A DNA stretch of 64,000 nucleotides. Source: Octopus sinensis (lineage: Eukaryota). Position numbers and translations under genes: made by a program. The DNA is taken from NCBI RefSeq assembly GCF_006345805.1, contig NC_042998.1, positions 44,206,001-44,270,000 of the forward strand, given 5' to 3'. Positions 12,465 through 25,994 of the stretch are shown piece by piece; position 1 is the stretch's first letter, and each line of letters starts with the position of its first letter. Under the pieces are notes generated by a model. The model made no database searches. It saw nothing but the letters and a program-made list of their open reading frames with translations, and had not been told where the DNA came from.

Positions 12465-12552
12465 GTAACGGGAAGCTTTATGAAAATAAACAAAAGACGA
12501 AGGCAGGTGGAAAACAAACGAACAATTGTATTAGTATGGCGCTCAGGAAATA
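12465..12552 (-). mobile_element. 3' fragment of hammerhead-bearing repeat family H (ribozyme part absent)
   Basis: aaacaaaagacgaaggcaggtgg..tgtattagtatggcgctcagga matches 28075-28140; abuts (TA)n. Confidence 0.75.
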
Positions 12553-12623
12553 TAAATAAATATAAATATATATATATGTATGCATGTGTGTGTGTGTTTG
12601 CGCGTGTGTGTGTATATATATAC

Positions 12624-12699
<76 letters not shown>

Positions 12700-12702
<3 letters not shown>

Positions 12703-13469
12703 GTGTGTGTGTGTGTGTGTGTTGTGTGTGTGTGTGTGTGTAAATGGAACGATAAAGTTCTAGAGGGCATTAAAACGTTCAGACAGATAGACGACACAAA
12801 GGCAGACAAGAGAAACATCAGTTAGAAGGACAGGCAAAAAAGACGGATCATTCTTGGATTTCACTCTCCAGTCAAGTACCGGAAGTCATGACTCTATCCG
12901 ACAGTTACACTTGAGATGTTTCGATCCGGTTTTCCCCCAAAATGGCTAAGCTAAGTGCATTAGACCCCTTTGTAAAAAGCTATAGAATGTGTACGGCAAC
13001 AAAGACAAAAAAAAACAAAACAAAACAAAAAACGGAGAACATGGTACAGAATTACGAATACAAACAATATATATATATGTGTGTGTGTGTGTGTATGTGT
13101 GTGTGTGGTGTGTGTGTAAATGGAACGATAAAGTTCTAGAGGGCATTAAAACGTTCAGACAGATAGACGACACAAAGGCAGACAAGAGAAACATCAGTTA
13201 GAAGGACAGGCAAAAAAGACGGATCATTCTTGGATTTCACTCTCCAGTCAAGTACCGGAAGTCATGACTCTATCCGACAGTTACACTTGAGATGTTTCGA
13301 TCCAGTTTTCCCCCAAAATGGCTAAGCTAAGTGCATTAGACCCCTTTGTAAAAAGCTATAGAATGTGTACGGCAACAAAGACAAAAAAAAACAAAACAAA
13401 ACAAAAAACGGAGAACATGGTACAGAATTACGAATACAAACAATATATATATATATGTGTGTGTGTGTG

Positions 13470-13470
<1 letters not shown>
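12700..13470. repeat. Tandem duplication, 376-bp unit, 2 near-identical copies, related to the 865-bp array
   Basis: aaatggaacgataaag at 12742 and 13118; one substitution seen (gatccggtt/gatccagtt); shares cagtcaag.accgga and cttgag blocks with the 23409 unit. Confidence 0.92.
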
Positions 13471-13514
<44 letters not shown>

Positions 13515-14834
13515 TATATATATGAATGATCATTTGGGCATCTTACAGCGTTTGTGTGTGCAGAATATGAGTGATAGTAAAATTAAGCTGCTGATAATAT
13601 TAGTTGTCAGATGATCAGAGAAACTGACCATCCACGTGATCGTGTTTATTATATATATACACTAAAACATCTACGCACAATTTGTATATAAAATTATAAC
13701 GTAGCTACCCATTAGTTAGGCAAGGTGAGTCATTGTATTAGCTAAAACCTAATAATTTATTTGTTTTGTTCTATTTATTTTATAAGGTGGCAGGGTTGTT
13801 TTGCTTTCACTATTATTTCTTGAATCACCATAAATTTTCCCTATTGGACATGGTTCAATTCTTCTAAGGTCTATTTGCCAGTAGCTTGCGCGCATCTAGA
13901 GTAGCGCATCGAATCTTATTATCAATATCGTTTTACGACTTGTCCTCTTCGTGCATTTGTCTATTTTTGTATCTGTATATATACCTAAGTGATTGAATAA
14001 ATCTGGATGAGAGTAGATGTGTGCAAATTGTGACCCAAATCTTATACGCTTTTGAAACAGTGTGTGTCTCTATTATGACGTATGATTTGTGTCGATGTTT
14101 TTGTTTATTTGCATGCAAATACCTACGTTTATATCTACATTGTATTATTATTTACGTCATACTGTCTCATGAGAATTTTTACAATATATGGCTGTGCTGA
14201 GATGTAGAACGAAGTGTTTGAGAAGAAAGACATACAGCAGAAGCTTGATAAGATATGCAGGATGAAACTAGCGGCATTGATATTGATTCTCCATTTAATA
14301 TGTATCGAGACTGATGTCCTCATTTGTAATAACAGATATTTGCTATGCAATCCTCTTGAAACGAAGAAACAGCAGATTTAAAAAAATAAAACAACATTGA
14401 GATAAAATGCTGCAGTAATATACTTCTTTCTCTGCATTGTTCTTCCTCATTAAGAAACATGCGCCACTGGCTCTGTTTAATACTCAAGAGTAAAACTGTC
14501 AAACACGTTTGCAACAGTGGTCAGTTATTTTCTTTATATTTTCCTTTTCTCTTATCCGAAATACGTTTTACTAAATTTAATTACCAAATACGTGTCTTTT
14601 ACACTTATATATCACAGTCTTTATCAACTGAAACTGCAAGAAAGAGATGTGAACTCAAACACTGTTTAGTTCTATCACAGTCTACAAGGTAATAAACCGT
14701 AAATAATATATACATGCAGTCGATCAGGTGACAAAAAGAAGAATCTTGTCTTAGTGACGACAAAATTAATCATCAACAACTTCCCAATAAAAGGAATATT
14801 CTTCATTTATTTATTCACTAATCATCTTCATATC

Positions 14835-14878
<44 letters not shown>

Positions 14879-15423
14879 TGTATGTTTATCTGTATGTAGG
14901 TATGTATGCATGCATGTATGTATGTATGCATGTATTAGGTGTATGTGTATATATAGTCATAAATAGAGAGAGAGAGCGCGCGATAAAGAGAGGAGTAAAG
15001 AGTAACCCGAGTTTATATTATAGCTCCTATGCGCGTTTCACCATCATGATTGTTTGGAGTCCTGTCATAATAAGTGTTCTAGGTTCGTTTAGAATCTCAT
15101 TTACAACAGACCACCAGGAAAGACTTAACGCAACAAAGTGTTCCTTAATGCCCCTTTGATGTCGAGCCTCTAAACGTTCTTGGGACACTTAATGCAGTGC
15201 TCCAAACAAACATAATTTTGAAACGATCGTTGAAAATGTATTATACACCTGTTTTTTTCTCCTTATTTCTCGGTAGTTCATAAATACTAATACTCAGTAT
15301 TGGAGAATATGATAGTATATTTGTTGCTTTAAACGTAACAGTAGCACTCGTACATACATTTGTTTTGTAGAGACAATTTCTACTATAGCTATCAAACTAT
15401 CTATATATATATATATAGATATA

Positions 15424-15511
<88 letters not shown>

Positions 15512-17262
15512 CACACACACACACACACACAGGGGAGAGCGATACACATGTATGTATGAATGTATGTATGTGTACTAACTCATGCAGGCGATCTTAAAGA
15601 TAAGGCATTTGCAATGGACCTTCACTATGGTGATTAATTACGGCATACTTTTGTGCGTGCGTACTTGTGTGTGTGTTTGTGTGTGTGCGCGCGCGTAGGC
15701 GTGTACGTGTATGTATTTCATTCTTCCGTTACTTTCCTTTCTATTCATGGAATTGTTTCTTTTCCTCCTTTAATTTTCCATATTCTTCTCTTTACAATTC
15801 CTTTCTTTTCATCTCTCTACATGTAGCCATTTAATATTGGATTTTATGCAACCATTACAATAGGCCATATTCTCTTTCGTTCTCATCTGTATTCTCATCA
15901 TTTAATTTATACCTTTCTATTTTAAATCAGTTCGTTTAGCGTAAGTAGCTTATGTTAAAATTGTTTTCTCTCTTCTATCCTTCCTCCGGTTTTCCATTAC
16001 AATGCAGAAAAGAGGTCAGGCAGAAAATAATTTATTTTATAAGTGTATTCAATATACTACATTTGTTTAATCCCAACTACAATTGGACTAAAAACAACCT
16101 TTGACAAAAGCATGTTTTTAGTACAACGCTCAGAAAGATTTCCTTCCTTTTCATGACCATGCGATTAGACAGAGATTTCATTCGACAGACCACTCGAATG
16201 TCCCGTTCTGCTTACGATGTAAACGTTGACTTCGTTCTTGCTGGAACTTAATCTCAGCATCGGTGTGATCATGTAGATTTATGTTACAAGTAATTACAAC
16301 TATTATCATTCAATCGTTTTCTACGAGGGACAGCATTTTCGAATGTGCCTTGTTTTTTCTTTAAGATTGTAAAGTGCGTAATTTAAGGGACATAATGCTG
16401 ATATTTTTATCTGCTGTATTTAAAAATTAATGATGCAATCGTTCGATACCACATACATATATTATATGATATCAGAAATGACCGAAACTATATCTAAAGG
16501 AAGAACAACGATATGCCATTTTAGTAATCTATTTCACATATTTTATTCATATTTGAGAACCTCACCACTAGCTTGACGTAATCTCTTTTGAAACGTACGT
16601 AAAGATCTCAGCGTGACTTCCACACCCAACAAGTTTTACTTCAAAGATTTGCTCTGACTAATTTCAAAAGACTCTTTGCCTGCACCGAACAATTCTTTTA
16701 CCGTGAACTCTTCGCTTATCCTCCGCCACACGCTTTATACAAATTGAGTTTTCTTCCTGAATGGTATCCAACACCGTGTCCGATTTCGTATTTTACTAGT
16801 GGATATTCCCAGACTGAGTGATATTTTGGGAAACGTGGGCACTGAATTTATCATATATTAAGAGACGGGGGAAAATTTTGAGCAATACTATGTAACTTCA
16901 AGGATTTCATAAGAATGTAAGGGCATAAACCATTGATAAAGGTGTGAGGTTTTTTTCTCTGTTACTGGCGTTTGATATTGTTGTAACTAAAATTCGAACC
17001 AACATGCTTTAATTGCACGTATCACAAAAATAGCTCTTCACCAAAAGACTTGCAAAACGCTTTGAAGATTTCAGTAGCAGAATTTTCAAGTGACACACAA
17101 AATGTATACAAGTACATTGCACGAATTTGTCAATTTCTGCAAAATTTGCAAATCGGAATCTAGGTGACAACGTGTACATATACATACATAAATACAAACA
17201 CACACAAACATGCGCACAAGCATGCACTTATACACACAAACACACACACACATATATATATA

Positions 17263-17358
<96 letters not shown>

Positions 17359-17364
17359 GTGATC

Positions 17365-17565
17365 TCTTGAGCACCACCAGCAAAAATATTTTTTCCTCTG
17401 TCTTCCCTTCTTGGGATCTTTCCTTCTCCTTGTTTCCGACGAAGAGCTCCGCTCGAAACGTTAAACCCTCCTTCCTTTCTTTCCTGAGCGTCAATAATAC
17501 TTTAATTGTTCCACGTCCTCGCGCTGCTGTGTTTTTTCTCTTTTTTTCTGTGTTTTCTTGTTTGG

Positions 17566-17568
<3 letters not shown>
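17365..17568 (+). mobile_element. Family H repeat (PLE terminal-repeat-like)
   Basis: Homologous to the inverted copy 17692-17890; flanked by (TA)n on both sides. Confidence 0.8.
17432..17466 (+). ncRNA. Minimal type-I hammerhead motif, core mutated (U4->C)
   Basis: GTTT-CCGACGA-A-GAGC-tcc-GCTC-GAA-ACGT-T-AAAC. Confidence 0.6.
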
Positions 17569-17635
<67 letters not shown>

Positions 17636-17653
17636 TATGTGTGTGTATGTATG

Positions 17654-17690
<37 letters not shown>

Positions 17691-17691
17691 T

Positions 17692-17890
17692 CCCCCCAAA
17701 AAACAAGAAGGAAGACAAGAAAAATACAGCAATGTGAGGACGTGGTACATGGGAAGGATTAGCAGACGCTCAGTGAACGAAAGAGAGGTTGTTTTACGTT
17801 TCGAGCAAAGCTCTTCTTCAGAAACAGGAGACAGGGAAAAGTCAAAGAGAAAAAGAAGACAGAAGAAAAAATCACCAACGAACGACATGT
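17692..17890 (-). mobile_element. Family H repeat, inverted relative to 17365-17568
   Basis: Reverse-complement similarity; 3' end joins the same (TA)n tract. Confidence 0.8.
17791..17825 (-). ncRNA. Minimal type-I hammerhead ribozyme motif, intact core
   Basis: GTTT-CTGAAGA-A-GAGC-ttt-GCTC-GAA-ACGT-A-AAAC; perfect stems I and II, palindromic stem III ACGU, GUA triplet. Confidence 0.8.
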
Positions 17891-18109
17891 ATTTACATAT
17901 TGAAATGTATATATATATATTTATATATGTATATATATGTATGTATGTATATATATGTGTATGTATGTATATATATGTGTATGTATGTATATATATGTAG
18001 GTATGTGTATATATGTATATATGTATATATATATGTAGGTATGTATGCACGCATGTATGTATAATATATATGTGTATATATACGTATATATATACATATT
18101 CATATATAC

Positions 18110-18140
<31 letters not shown>

Positions 18141-18197
18141 CGCGAGTATATATATGCCGGTGTGTGTGTATGTGTGTGTGCAAGTATTTGTACATGC

Positions 18198-18234
<37 letters not shown>

Positions 18235-18619
18235 TATATATATATATTTATTTATTTATTTATACATACATGATTTTCGAATATCCTATATAAACTGCAC
18301 TTTTTATACTGCACAATCTCAATCTTTATATTGTACCCTATATTTAGGAATGTTATTTTTATCATTTTTATTCTTCAATTGTAAACTCTCTATTTTGGAA
18401 ACAATTAAATTCTTTGAAAGGGTTTCAATTGAAAATATTATTTCGATGAGAAATTTTAAGTGTCTTTTACTCGTTTTGATTCAATAATAAATTAGATTAC
18501 TTCAATTGAACGAATATATTTTGTGTATTGAATTGGAAAATGGTATTGTTGATTATGGATGTCTCATTTCCTTTGGCGTTGACAATAAGGTTTTCAACAA
18601 TTATCGTTGTTGGTATTTA

Positions 18620-18682
18620 AAAATAATGATAATGATAACGACAATTATAATAATAACAGCAATAATAATAATAATAATAATA

Positions 18683-18718
<36 letters not shown>
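18620..18718. repeat. (TAA)n microsatellite
   Basis: Direct reading. Confidence 0.95.
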
Positions 18719-18719
<1 letters not shown>

Positions 18720-18841
18720 CATGTCTTTTTGTTGTTTCCTTTTTTCTTTCAAACAAAATTGTTGTATGAATTATCTTATGTTACAAGCGAAATATTTTTA
18801 CTTTATATATGTGTGTGTGTGCATGGGTGTGTGTGTGTGTA

Positions 18842-18874
<33 letters not shown>

Positions 18875-19247
18875 TGTGTGTGTGTGTGTGTGTTATAATT
18901 TCACTTATATATCTAGATACTCTTTTGCGAATTAAAACATTCGACCGTTACATTACTGGACTGAACTTATATTTATGTTCTCATTTGAAGTTTATTAATA
19001 TACATTTTCTATAGAATTCAGAGCCAGCACTGCCAGTTAGACGTTTCGCATACGAATACGCCAATGTAAACAATGCTATCTAAGATAGAAAAATATGTAA
19101 TGAGTGTATATGCTTATTTCAAGCGTTATTACACTTTCATCAGAGCACATCTCACCCATTAATCTTTTACGAACACGTTACTGAAATGCCCGTTAAGTTT
19201 ACTTTTGTAACACAACTGGATATACCGATTTATCGTACGTTATAACT

Positions 19248-19573
19248 AGGATCACACCGTCCGTTGCGACGACGAGGGTCCCAGCTGATACGATCAATGG
19301 AACAGCTTGCTCGTGAAATTAACGCCTAAGTGGCTGAGCATTCCATAGACACATGTACCCTTAACGTAGTTCTCGGGGAGATTCAGCGTGACACAGTGTG
19401 TGACAAGGCTTGCCCTTTGAAATACAGGTACTACTTATTTTTGCCAGCTGAGTGGACTGGAGCAACGTGAAATAAAGTGTCTTGCTCAAGGATAAAACGC
19501 GCCGCCGGGAATTGAACTCACGACCTTACTATCATGAGCCGAATGCCCTAAGCCCTAAGCCACGCGCCTTCAC
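19248..19573 (-). mobile_element. tRNA-derived SINE family D, full length
   Basis: Minus-strand head GTGAAGGCGCGTGGCTTAG..GTGAGTTCAATTCCCGG (A and B boxes). Confidence 0.9.
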
Positions 19574-19616
19574 ACGTTATAAGTAGTACGTTATAAGTAG
19601 TACGTTGGTATATATA

Positions 19617-20317
19617 CAGGGTGCCATATAGCCATGCACCATCTTGCAATATGTGAAATTGGTACTATTCTCTTTTTTATATCTCTTTTCACAACTCCCG
19701 TTATTACTCACAAACCAATACTCATTGGATGGAGGCAGATAATCTTCAAGGTTGGGGATAGGTAATGGTGTGGTGTAGGATTTAATACAATCAAGTAACC
19801 GGACCATTTTATTCTGAGGGCTCTGTGACAGGTGATTCGTATCTGGACATACTTGGTAACAAAATGATGCCTCACGTCTATTCACTTGAAGGGAAAATCT
19901 TGTGTGATTTCAGAAGGATAGGGCTCTGGCCCATTATGAATAACAAACTCGTGATTTTCTGAATGAACATTTTCCAGGGAGATGGCTCAGGCGAGATGGC
20001 TCACAATTGAATGGGCACCATGGTTAGCAGATTTAACTCCTATGGACTTTTTCTTCTGGGGCTACATTAAATCCTTTGTGCATTGTGCAAAGATTCGTGA
20101 CCAAGGACAGCTTCTTCACTAAATTGTTGAAGCGTGTGAACAAGTCAACAGCAATGCATATCTATCTGATAGGGTTCATCGCAACTTCAAATTACGTATG
20201 AACACTTGTTTAAAGCTACATTACCAATACTTTGAAAATTTGTAATGGATTACTTACATCGTTGTTAATAAAGCATACTTGATATCACCCATGGTGCGCG
20301 ACTTTGTGGCCACCCTG
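19617..20317 (+). mobile_element. Internally deleted Tc1/mariner transposon, DD41D (rosa/Visitor)-like, 701 bp
   Basis: ~27-bp TIRs CAGGGTG(G)CCA..GCACCAT, TA on both flanks; decayed FQ.DGA.AHY..RDFLNEHFPGRW..WAPWLADLTPMDFFFWGYIK. Confidence 0.88.
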
Positions 20318-20353
20318 TATATTTGTGTGTGTGTATATATATATATATTGACG

Positions 20354-20666
20354 AGTTGAGGCGGAATGGCCCAGTGCTTAGGGCAGTGGACTCGCGGTCG
20401 TACGATCGAAGTTTCATTTCCCAGACCGGGCGTTGAGAGTGTTTATTGAGCGAAAACACCTAAGCTCCACGAGGCTCCGGCTGGGGGTGGGGTGGCGATC
20501 CCTGCTGTACTCTTTCACCACAACTTTCTCTCACTCTTTCTTCTGTTGGCCCGCTCGATTAGTCAGCGGGGTGGCGTCATTTGAAGGCTAAAACAATGTG
20601 AAGCGCAATGTGACCAGCGACATGTAGCAACATCAGATAGCCTGGGCGGTCATGGTGATCACGGTG
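20354..20666 (+). mobile_element. tRNA-derived SINE family C (GGCGCAATGGCCCAGTGGTTAGGGC head)
   Basis: A/B boxes; 11-bp TSD atatattgacg at 20343-20353 and 20667-20677. Confidence 0.9.
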
Positions 20667-20676
20667 ATATATTGAC

Positions 20677-20764
20677 GTACTTATTCTATCGGATCTCCTT
20701 GGCTGAACTGCTAAGATATTGGGGCGTAAACACCAACACCGGCTGTCAAGCAGTTGTAGGGGAC
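20677..20764 (-). mobile_element. SINE family A 3' fragment
   Basis: tacttattctatcgg..gtaaacaccaacaccggctgtcaagca. Confidence 0.7.
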
Positions 20765-20777
20765 GATCTTAAAGTCA

Positions 20778-21035
20778 TGAATTCGATACCAGGCGAGGCG
20801 TTGCGTTCTCGAACAAAACACTTTATTTCACGTTGTTCCAGACCTCTAACCTTTTAACAGGGTGTAGTACCTGCATTTGAAAGGGCCAGCTTGTCACATT
20901 CTGTGACATGCTAGATTACTCTAAGAACGGCGTTAAGGTTATACGTGCCTGTGAAGCGGTCAGCCACTTGCACGTTACTTTCAGGAGCGGGCTCCTCCAT
21001 TGATTGGATCAACACACGTTGTCGTAACCGAAGGA
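20778..21035 (+). mobile_element. Old SINE family D copy
   Basis: cactttatttcacgttgttccag..tacctgcatttgaaagggccagcttgtcac matches 19248-19573. Confidence 0.75.
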
Positions 21036-21091
21036 GTGTCGCTTTTGTGTGTATGTGTGTGTGTATATATATATATATATTATATATATAT

Positions 21092-21158
<67 letters not shown>

Positions 21159-22548
21159 ATATGTATATGTGTTTGTGTGTGTGTATATACATAAATATAT
21201 ACGTACATATATATAGATAAATTCATACAAAGACACACACGTACGCACGCGCGCGCGCATGTGTGTATGCAATACATTTATACAAGCACTCCCAAAATAT
21301 ATTTGTATTTTCTTTGTAATTGTGAAATATTTACTTCTTCAAATAGTTTAGCTGGTATTCTGAATGTTAGGCCTAAATGATAAATTTAGGCACTCGAGTC
21401 GTTTTGTGAAGCTTTCTGATGTGCAAACCTAACGCATTGCAATGCTTGTATTTCTGCTGTTTCCGATGGATAGATGGATGGATGGATACAATATACAAGA
21501 ATTTATTATTAAATAGACCGTGATATAATATATTTTATTGTAGACTAACTAAATGGAAATAATTGAATGCATATGCAGTAAAATAAAGGTATTTCACCGG
21601 TGCACAATTGTTTTTCTGAAATCTGGATGTGTTCATACTGGAAAATATTCGAACTGGAGAATATGTAAGAATGTTGATTTTACTAAGATATCCTCACGCG
21701 ACTCAGTAGCACGGAGGTCACGAAGTGTAAACGACATCATAGTGTTACTTCAACAGAATTTAAGTTCTTTTCTTTTTAATTGCAAGTTGAATAAAAACTG
21801 CGAGTGCACCAACAAATATTGTATGTGTGTGTGTGTGTGTGTGGTGTGTGTGTGTGTGCGTGTGTGTGTGTGTGTTTGTGCGTGTGCTATGTGTGTGTGA
21901 GAGAGAAAGAGATAGAGAGAGAGAAAGAAAGAGAATAAGTGTGTATGTGCATGCGTACGTTTGTGTGTGAGAGAGAGCGAGAGAGAGAGAGAGAGAGAAA
22001 GAGAGAGAAAGAGAGAGAAAGAAACATAATAAGTGTGTATGCGCGAGCTTATGTCTATAATTTTGTGTCAGTCTCAGTATAAATACATTTGCGTATTTAT
22101 TCAATTTGGTGCTGTGAGCGAGATGGAATTCTTTATTAATTGATTATTCACTTAACTAATTAAAAACTTTCTGCTTACTGTTTTTAACCTATTTTTTGAT
22201 GATCATCGATTTGTGAAAAATATAATTACGATACATAACTAATAGAAATCCATAATTTCCAATAAATTCTTTGGAATATCATTCTGTCAAAATGCTGACG
22301 TGAAAAGTTCCATTGAGACTAAAAGCGAGAATAAAATCATGGATTTTGATTTCTATAAAATGCATTAGAATGCAAAATTGTTGAGAATGTGGAATAAACA
22401 CTTTGCTAAGGGGCATTCTAAAGTAACATGGGTATGACATAGAATTGTTACAATCGATGTTTAGGAAAAGTATCTGTCTCGTAAAATATTAAGTTCAGCT
22501 CAATAATGTCGGCCAAATAATAAATTCTGCATAGAATATACATATATA

Positions 22549-23260
22549 GGCGCAGGTGTGACTGTGTGGTAAGAAGCTTGCTTCCCAATAACAATCAGTG
22601 CATGGTACCTTGAGCAAATGTCTTCTGCTATAGCCTGATCCGACCAAGCTGATTTGGAAGAGGGAAATTGAAAGAAGCCCGTCGTACGTATGTATATTTA
22701 TATCTTTATGTGGGTGTTTTTTGTCTGTGTTAGTTCCCTCACCACCGCTTGCCAAAGGGTGTTTGTGTGTTTACGTCCCCGTAACGTAGCAGTTCAGCAA
22801 GAGTGGCGATAGCATAAGTAGTGGGCTTTAAAAAAAGTTCAGGCTTCGTATTATTCGACTAAGAAATCCTCAGGGCGGTGTTCCTCCATGGCCGCAATAT
22901 AACGACTTGCTTCCCTAACCACGTGGTTCCAGGTTCAGTGCTACTGCGTGGCAACTTCGGCAGCTGTCTTTTATTATAGCCTCGGGCCGACCAAAAATTT
23001 GTAAGTGGATTTGGTAGACGGAAATTGAAAATAGCCCGTCATATGTATATATATTTAATATATATAATGTATGTATGTATTTGTGTGATTGCATCAACCT
23101 CCATCATCGCTTGACAACCGATATTGGTGTGCTTACTTCCCCCAAAACTAACGGTTCGGCAAAAGTTACTGATAGAATAAGTACTAGGCTTACACAGAAT
23201 AAGTCCTGGGGTAGATTTGGCTCCAGTCACATGACTAACACAAATAAAAGAATAAAAGAA
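22549..23260 (+). mobile_element. Two head-to-tail SINE family A copies (22549-22905 and a 5'-truncated 22907-23260)
   Basis: Repeated ggaaattgaaa..gcccgtc, internal microsatellite, gatagaataagtact tail. Confidence 0.85.
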
Positions 23261-23367
23261 AAGAATATATATATATTGACAAAAATGGTATGACAACAAA
23301 AGAATGAAAGAGACCTCGATATTATGTAAACAGAGGAATTTATCTGATATATATATATATATTTATC

Positions 23368-23408
<41 letters not shown>

Positions 23409-23414
<6 letters not shown>

Positions 23415-23952
23415 GGTATGTAGAAAAATACAACATGGACAAGAACGTATAGCTCTTAGAAGACGATACAATAAACACGGACAGGACATTCGAAACCCTC
23501 AGTCTTCAGTCAAGAACCGGATCATCGTAGTAATTTCGGCTGATTAATCTTGAGATTACTAGATCACGGCCAGCCCTCCAAGAAAAACTAAGCAACGAGC
23601 ATTAGAAAAACTAAGCTGGGAGCGTAGATTTCCTGGAAGAAGGATCGAATGCATACGAACACCGGGACAGCAAAAGGGACGAATATAAAAGGCAAAAAAC
23701 AATAATGGAATACAGAAACATGAAATACAGAAGCATTAACGGTGAAAACAACAAGTGTTTTACGACTGATAACAAGCAAGCAAATTTTCTCTAGCGCATA
23801 TTGGAAAGGAGCCTTATCGGCGATGCCTTGGCGGCGGACGAAAAGCAACGATGTTAACACGTCGCTGGTGGGAAGCTGAGAGGCAGATTTCGGCCAGCGG
23901 TCACGTGACAGAGAAGAGAGAAAAGAAAAGAAAGAGAAGCAAAGGAAGGAAG

Positions 23953-23985
<33 letters not shown>

Positions 23986-25943
23986 GAGGGACAAACGCAA
24001 CAAGGAGAGAGAAGAGAGAGAAAGAAGGAATCAGAGAGGAGAAGGGATGGTGTCGAAGATTGACCTGTGAGTGCAAAGCGAGACAAAGAAAGGGGAAGAG
24101 TAGACCAAAGAATCAGAGGAAAGAGAGAGAAGAGAAAACGAGGATGAGTAGAGAGAAAAGAGAGAGAAGGGGACAGATCAAGTAAAAGTGAGAGAGAGAG
24201 AGACAACAGAGAGTCGTACGAATTTTTAAGAATATGTGCTCACATTAATGTTAAGAGGGTACGTAGCGCTTGGAATATATATTAAGGTATGTAGAAAAAT
24301 ACAACATGGACAAGAACGTATAACTCTTACAAGACGATACAATGAACACGGACAGGACATTCGAAACCCTCAGTCTTCAGTCAAGAACCGGATCATCGTA
24401 GTAATTTAGGCTGATTAATCTTGAGATTACTAGATCACGGCCAGCCCTCCAAGAAAAACTAAGCAACGAGCATTAGAAAAACTAAGCTGGGAGCGTAGAT
24501 TTCCTGGAAGAAGGATCGAATGCATACGAACACCGGGACAGCAAAAGGGACGAATATAAAAGGCAAAAAACAATAGTGGAATACAGAAACATGAAATACA
24601 GAAGCATTAACGGTGAAAACAACAAGTGTCTTACGACTGATAACAAGCAAACAAATTTTCTCTAGCGCATATTGGAAAGGAGCCTTATCGGCGATGCCTT
24701 GGCGGCGGACGAAAATCAACGATGTTAACACGTCGCTGGTGGGAAGCTGAGAGGCAGATTTCGGCCAGCGGTCACGTGACAGAGAAGAGAGAAAAGAAAA
24801 GAAAGAGAAGCAAAGGAAGGAAAAGAGAGAGAGAAGAGAGAGAGAGAGGAGGGACAAACGCAACAAGGGGAGAGAAGAGAGAGAAAGAAGGAATGAGAGA
24901 GGAGAAGGGATGGGTGTCGAAGTTTGACCTGTGAGTGCAAAGCGAGACAAAGAAAGGGGAAGAGTAGACCAAAGAATCAGAGGAAAGAGAAGAGAAAACG
25001 AGGATGAGTAGAGAGAAAAGAGAGAGAAGGGGACAGATCAAGTAAAAGTGAGAGAGAGAGAGACAAACAGAGAGTCGTACCAATTTTTAAGAATATGTGC
25101 TCACATTAATGTTAAGAGGGTACGTAGCGCTTGGAATATATATTAAGGTATGTAGAAAAATACAACATGGACAAGAACGTATAACTCTTAGAAGACGATA
25201 CAATAAACACGGACAGGACATTCGAAACCCTCAGTCTTCAGTCAAGAACCGGATCATCGTAGTAATTTCGGCTGATTAATCTTGAGATTACTAGATCACG
25301 GCCAGCCCTCCAAGACAAACTAAGCAACGAGCATTAGAAAAACTAAGCTGGGAGCGTAGATTTCCTGGAAGAAGGATCGAATGCATACGAATACCGGGAC
25401 AGCAAAAGGGACGAATATAAAAGGCAAAAAACAATAATGGAATACAGAAACATGAAATACAGAAGCATTAACGGTGAAAACAACAAGTGTCTTACGACTG
25501 ATAACAAGCAAACAAATTTTCTCTAGCGCATATTGGAAAGGAGCCTTATCGGCGATGCCTTGACGGCGGACGAAAAACAACGATGTTAACACGTCGCTGG
25601 TGGGAAGCAGAGAGGCAGATTTCGGCCAGCGGTCACGTGACAGAGAAGAGAGAAAAGAAAAGAAAGGGAAGAGAGAGAGAGAAGAGAGAGAGAGAGGAGG
25701 GACAAACGCAACAAGGGGAGAGAAGAGAGAGAAAGAAGGAATGAGAGAGGAGAAGGGATGGGTGTCGAAGATTGACGTGTGAGTGCAAAGCGAGACAAAG
25801 AAAGGGGAAGAGTAGACCAAAGAAAACGAGGATGAGAAGAGAAAAAGAGGATGAGTAGAGAGAAAAGAGAGAGAAGGGGACAGATCAAGTAAAAGTGAGA
25901 GAGAGAGAGAGACAAACAGAGAGTCGTACCAATTTTTAAGAAT
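23409..25943. repeat. Tandem array of an ~865-bp unit, ~2.9 diverged copies, PLE terminal-repeat-like, bounded by (TA)n
   Basis: Unit starts tattaaggtatgtagaaaaatac at 23409, 24280 and 25141; GA-rich block plus unique block; copies differ by substitutions and indels. Confidence 0.95.
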
Positions 25944-25946
25944 ATA

Positions 25947-25978
<32 letters not shown>

Positions 25979-25994
25979 ATTATAATAATAATAA

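Noticed and set aside
12700-25943. CRISPR-like or telomeric arrays
   Set aside because: The repeats are long eukaryotic tandem units without unique spacers, and no (TTAGGG)n tract was seen
23588-25967. 160-215 aa minus-strand ORF open in all three array units
   Set aside because: TC-rich strand with few possible stops, and the copies are too similar for openness to imply selection
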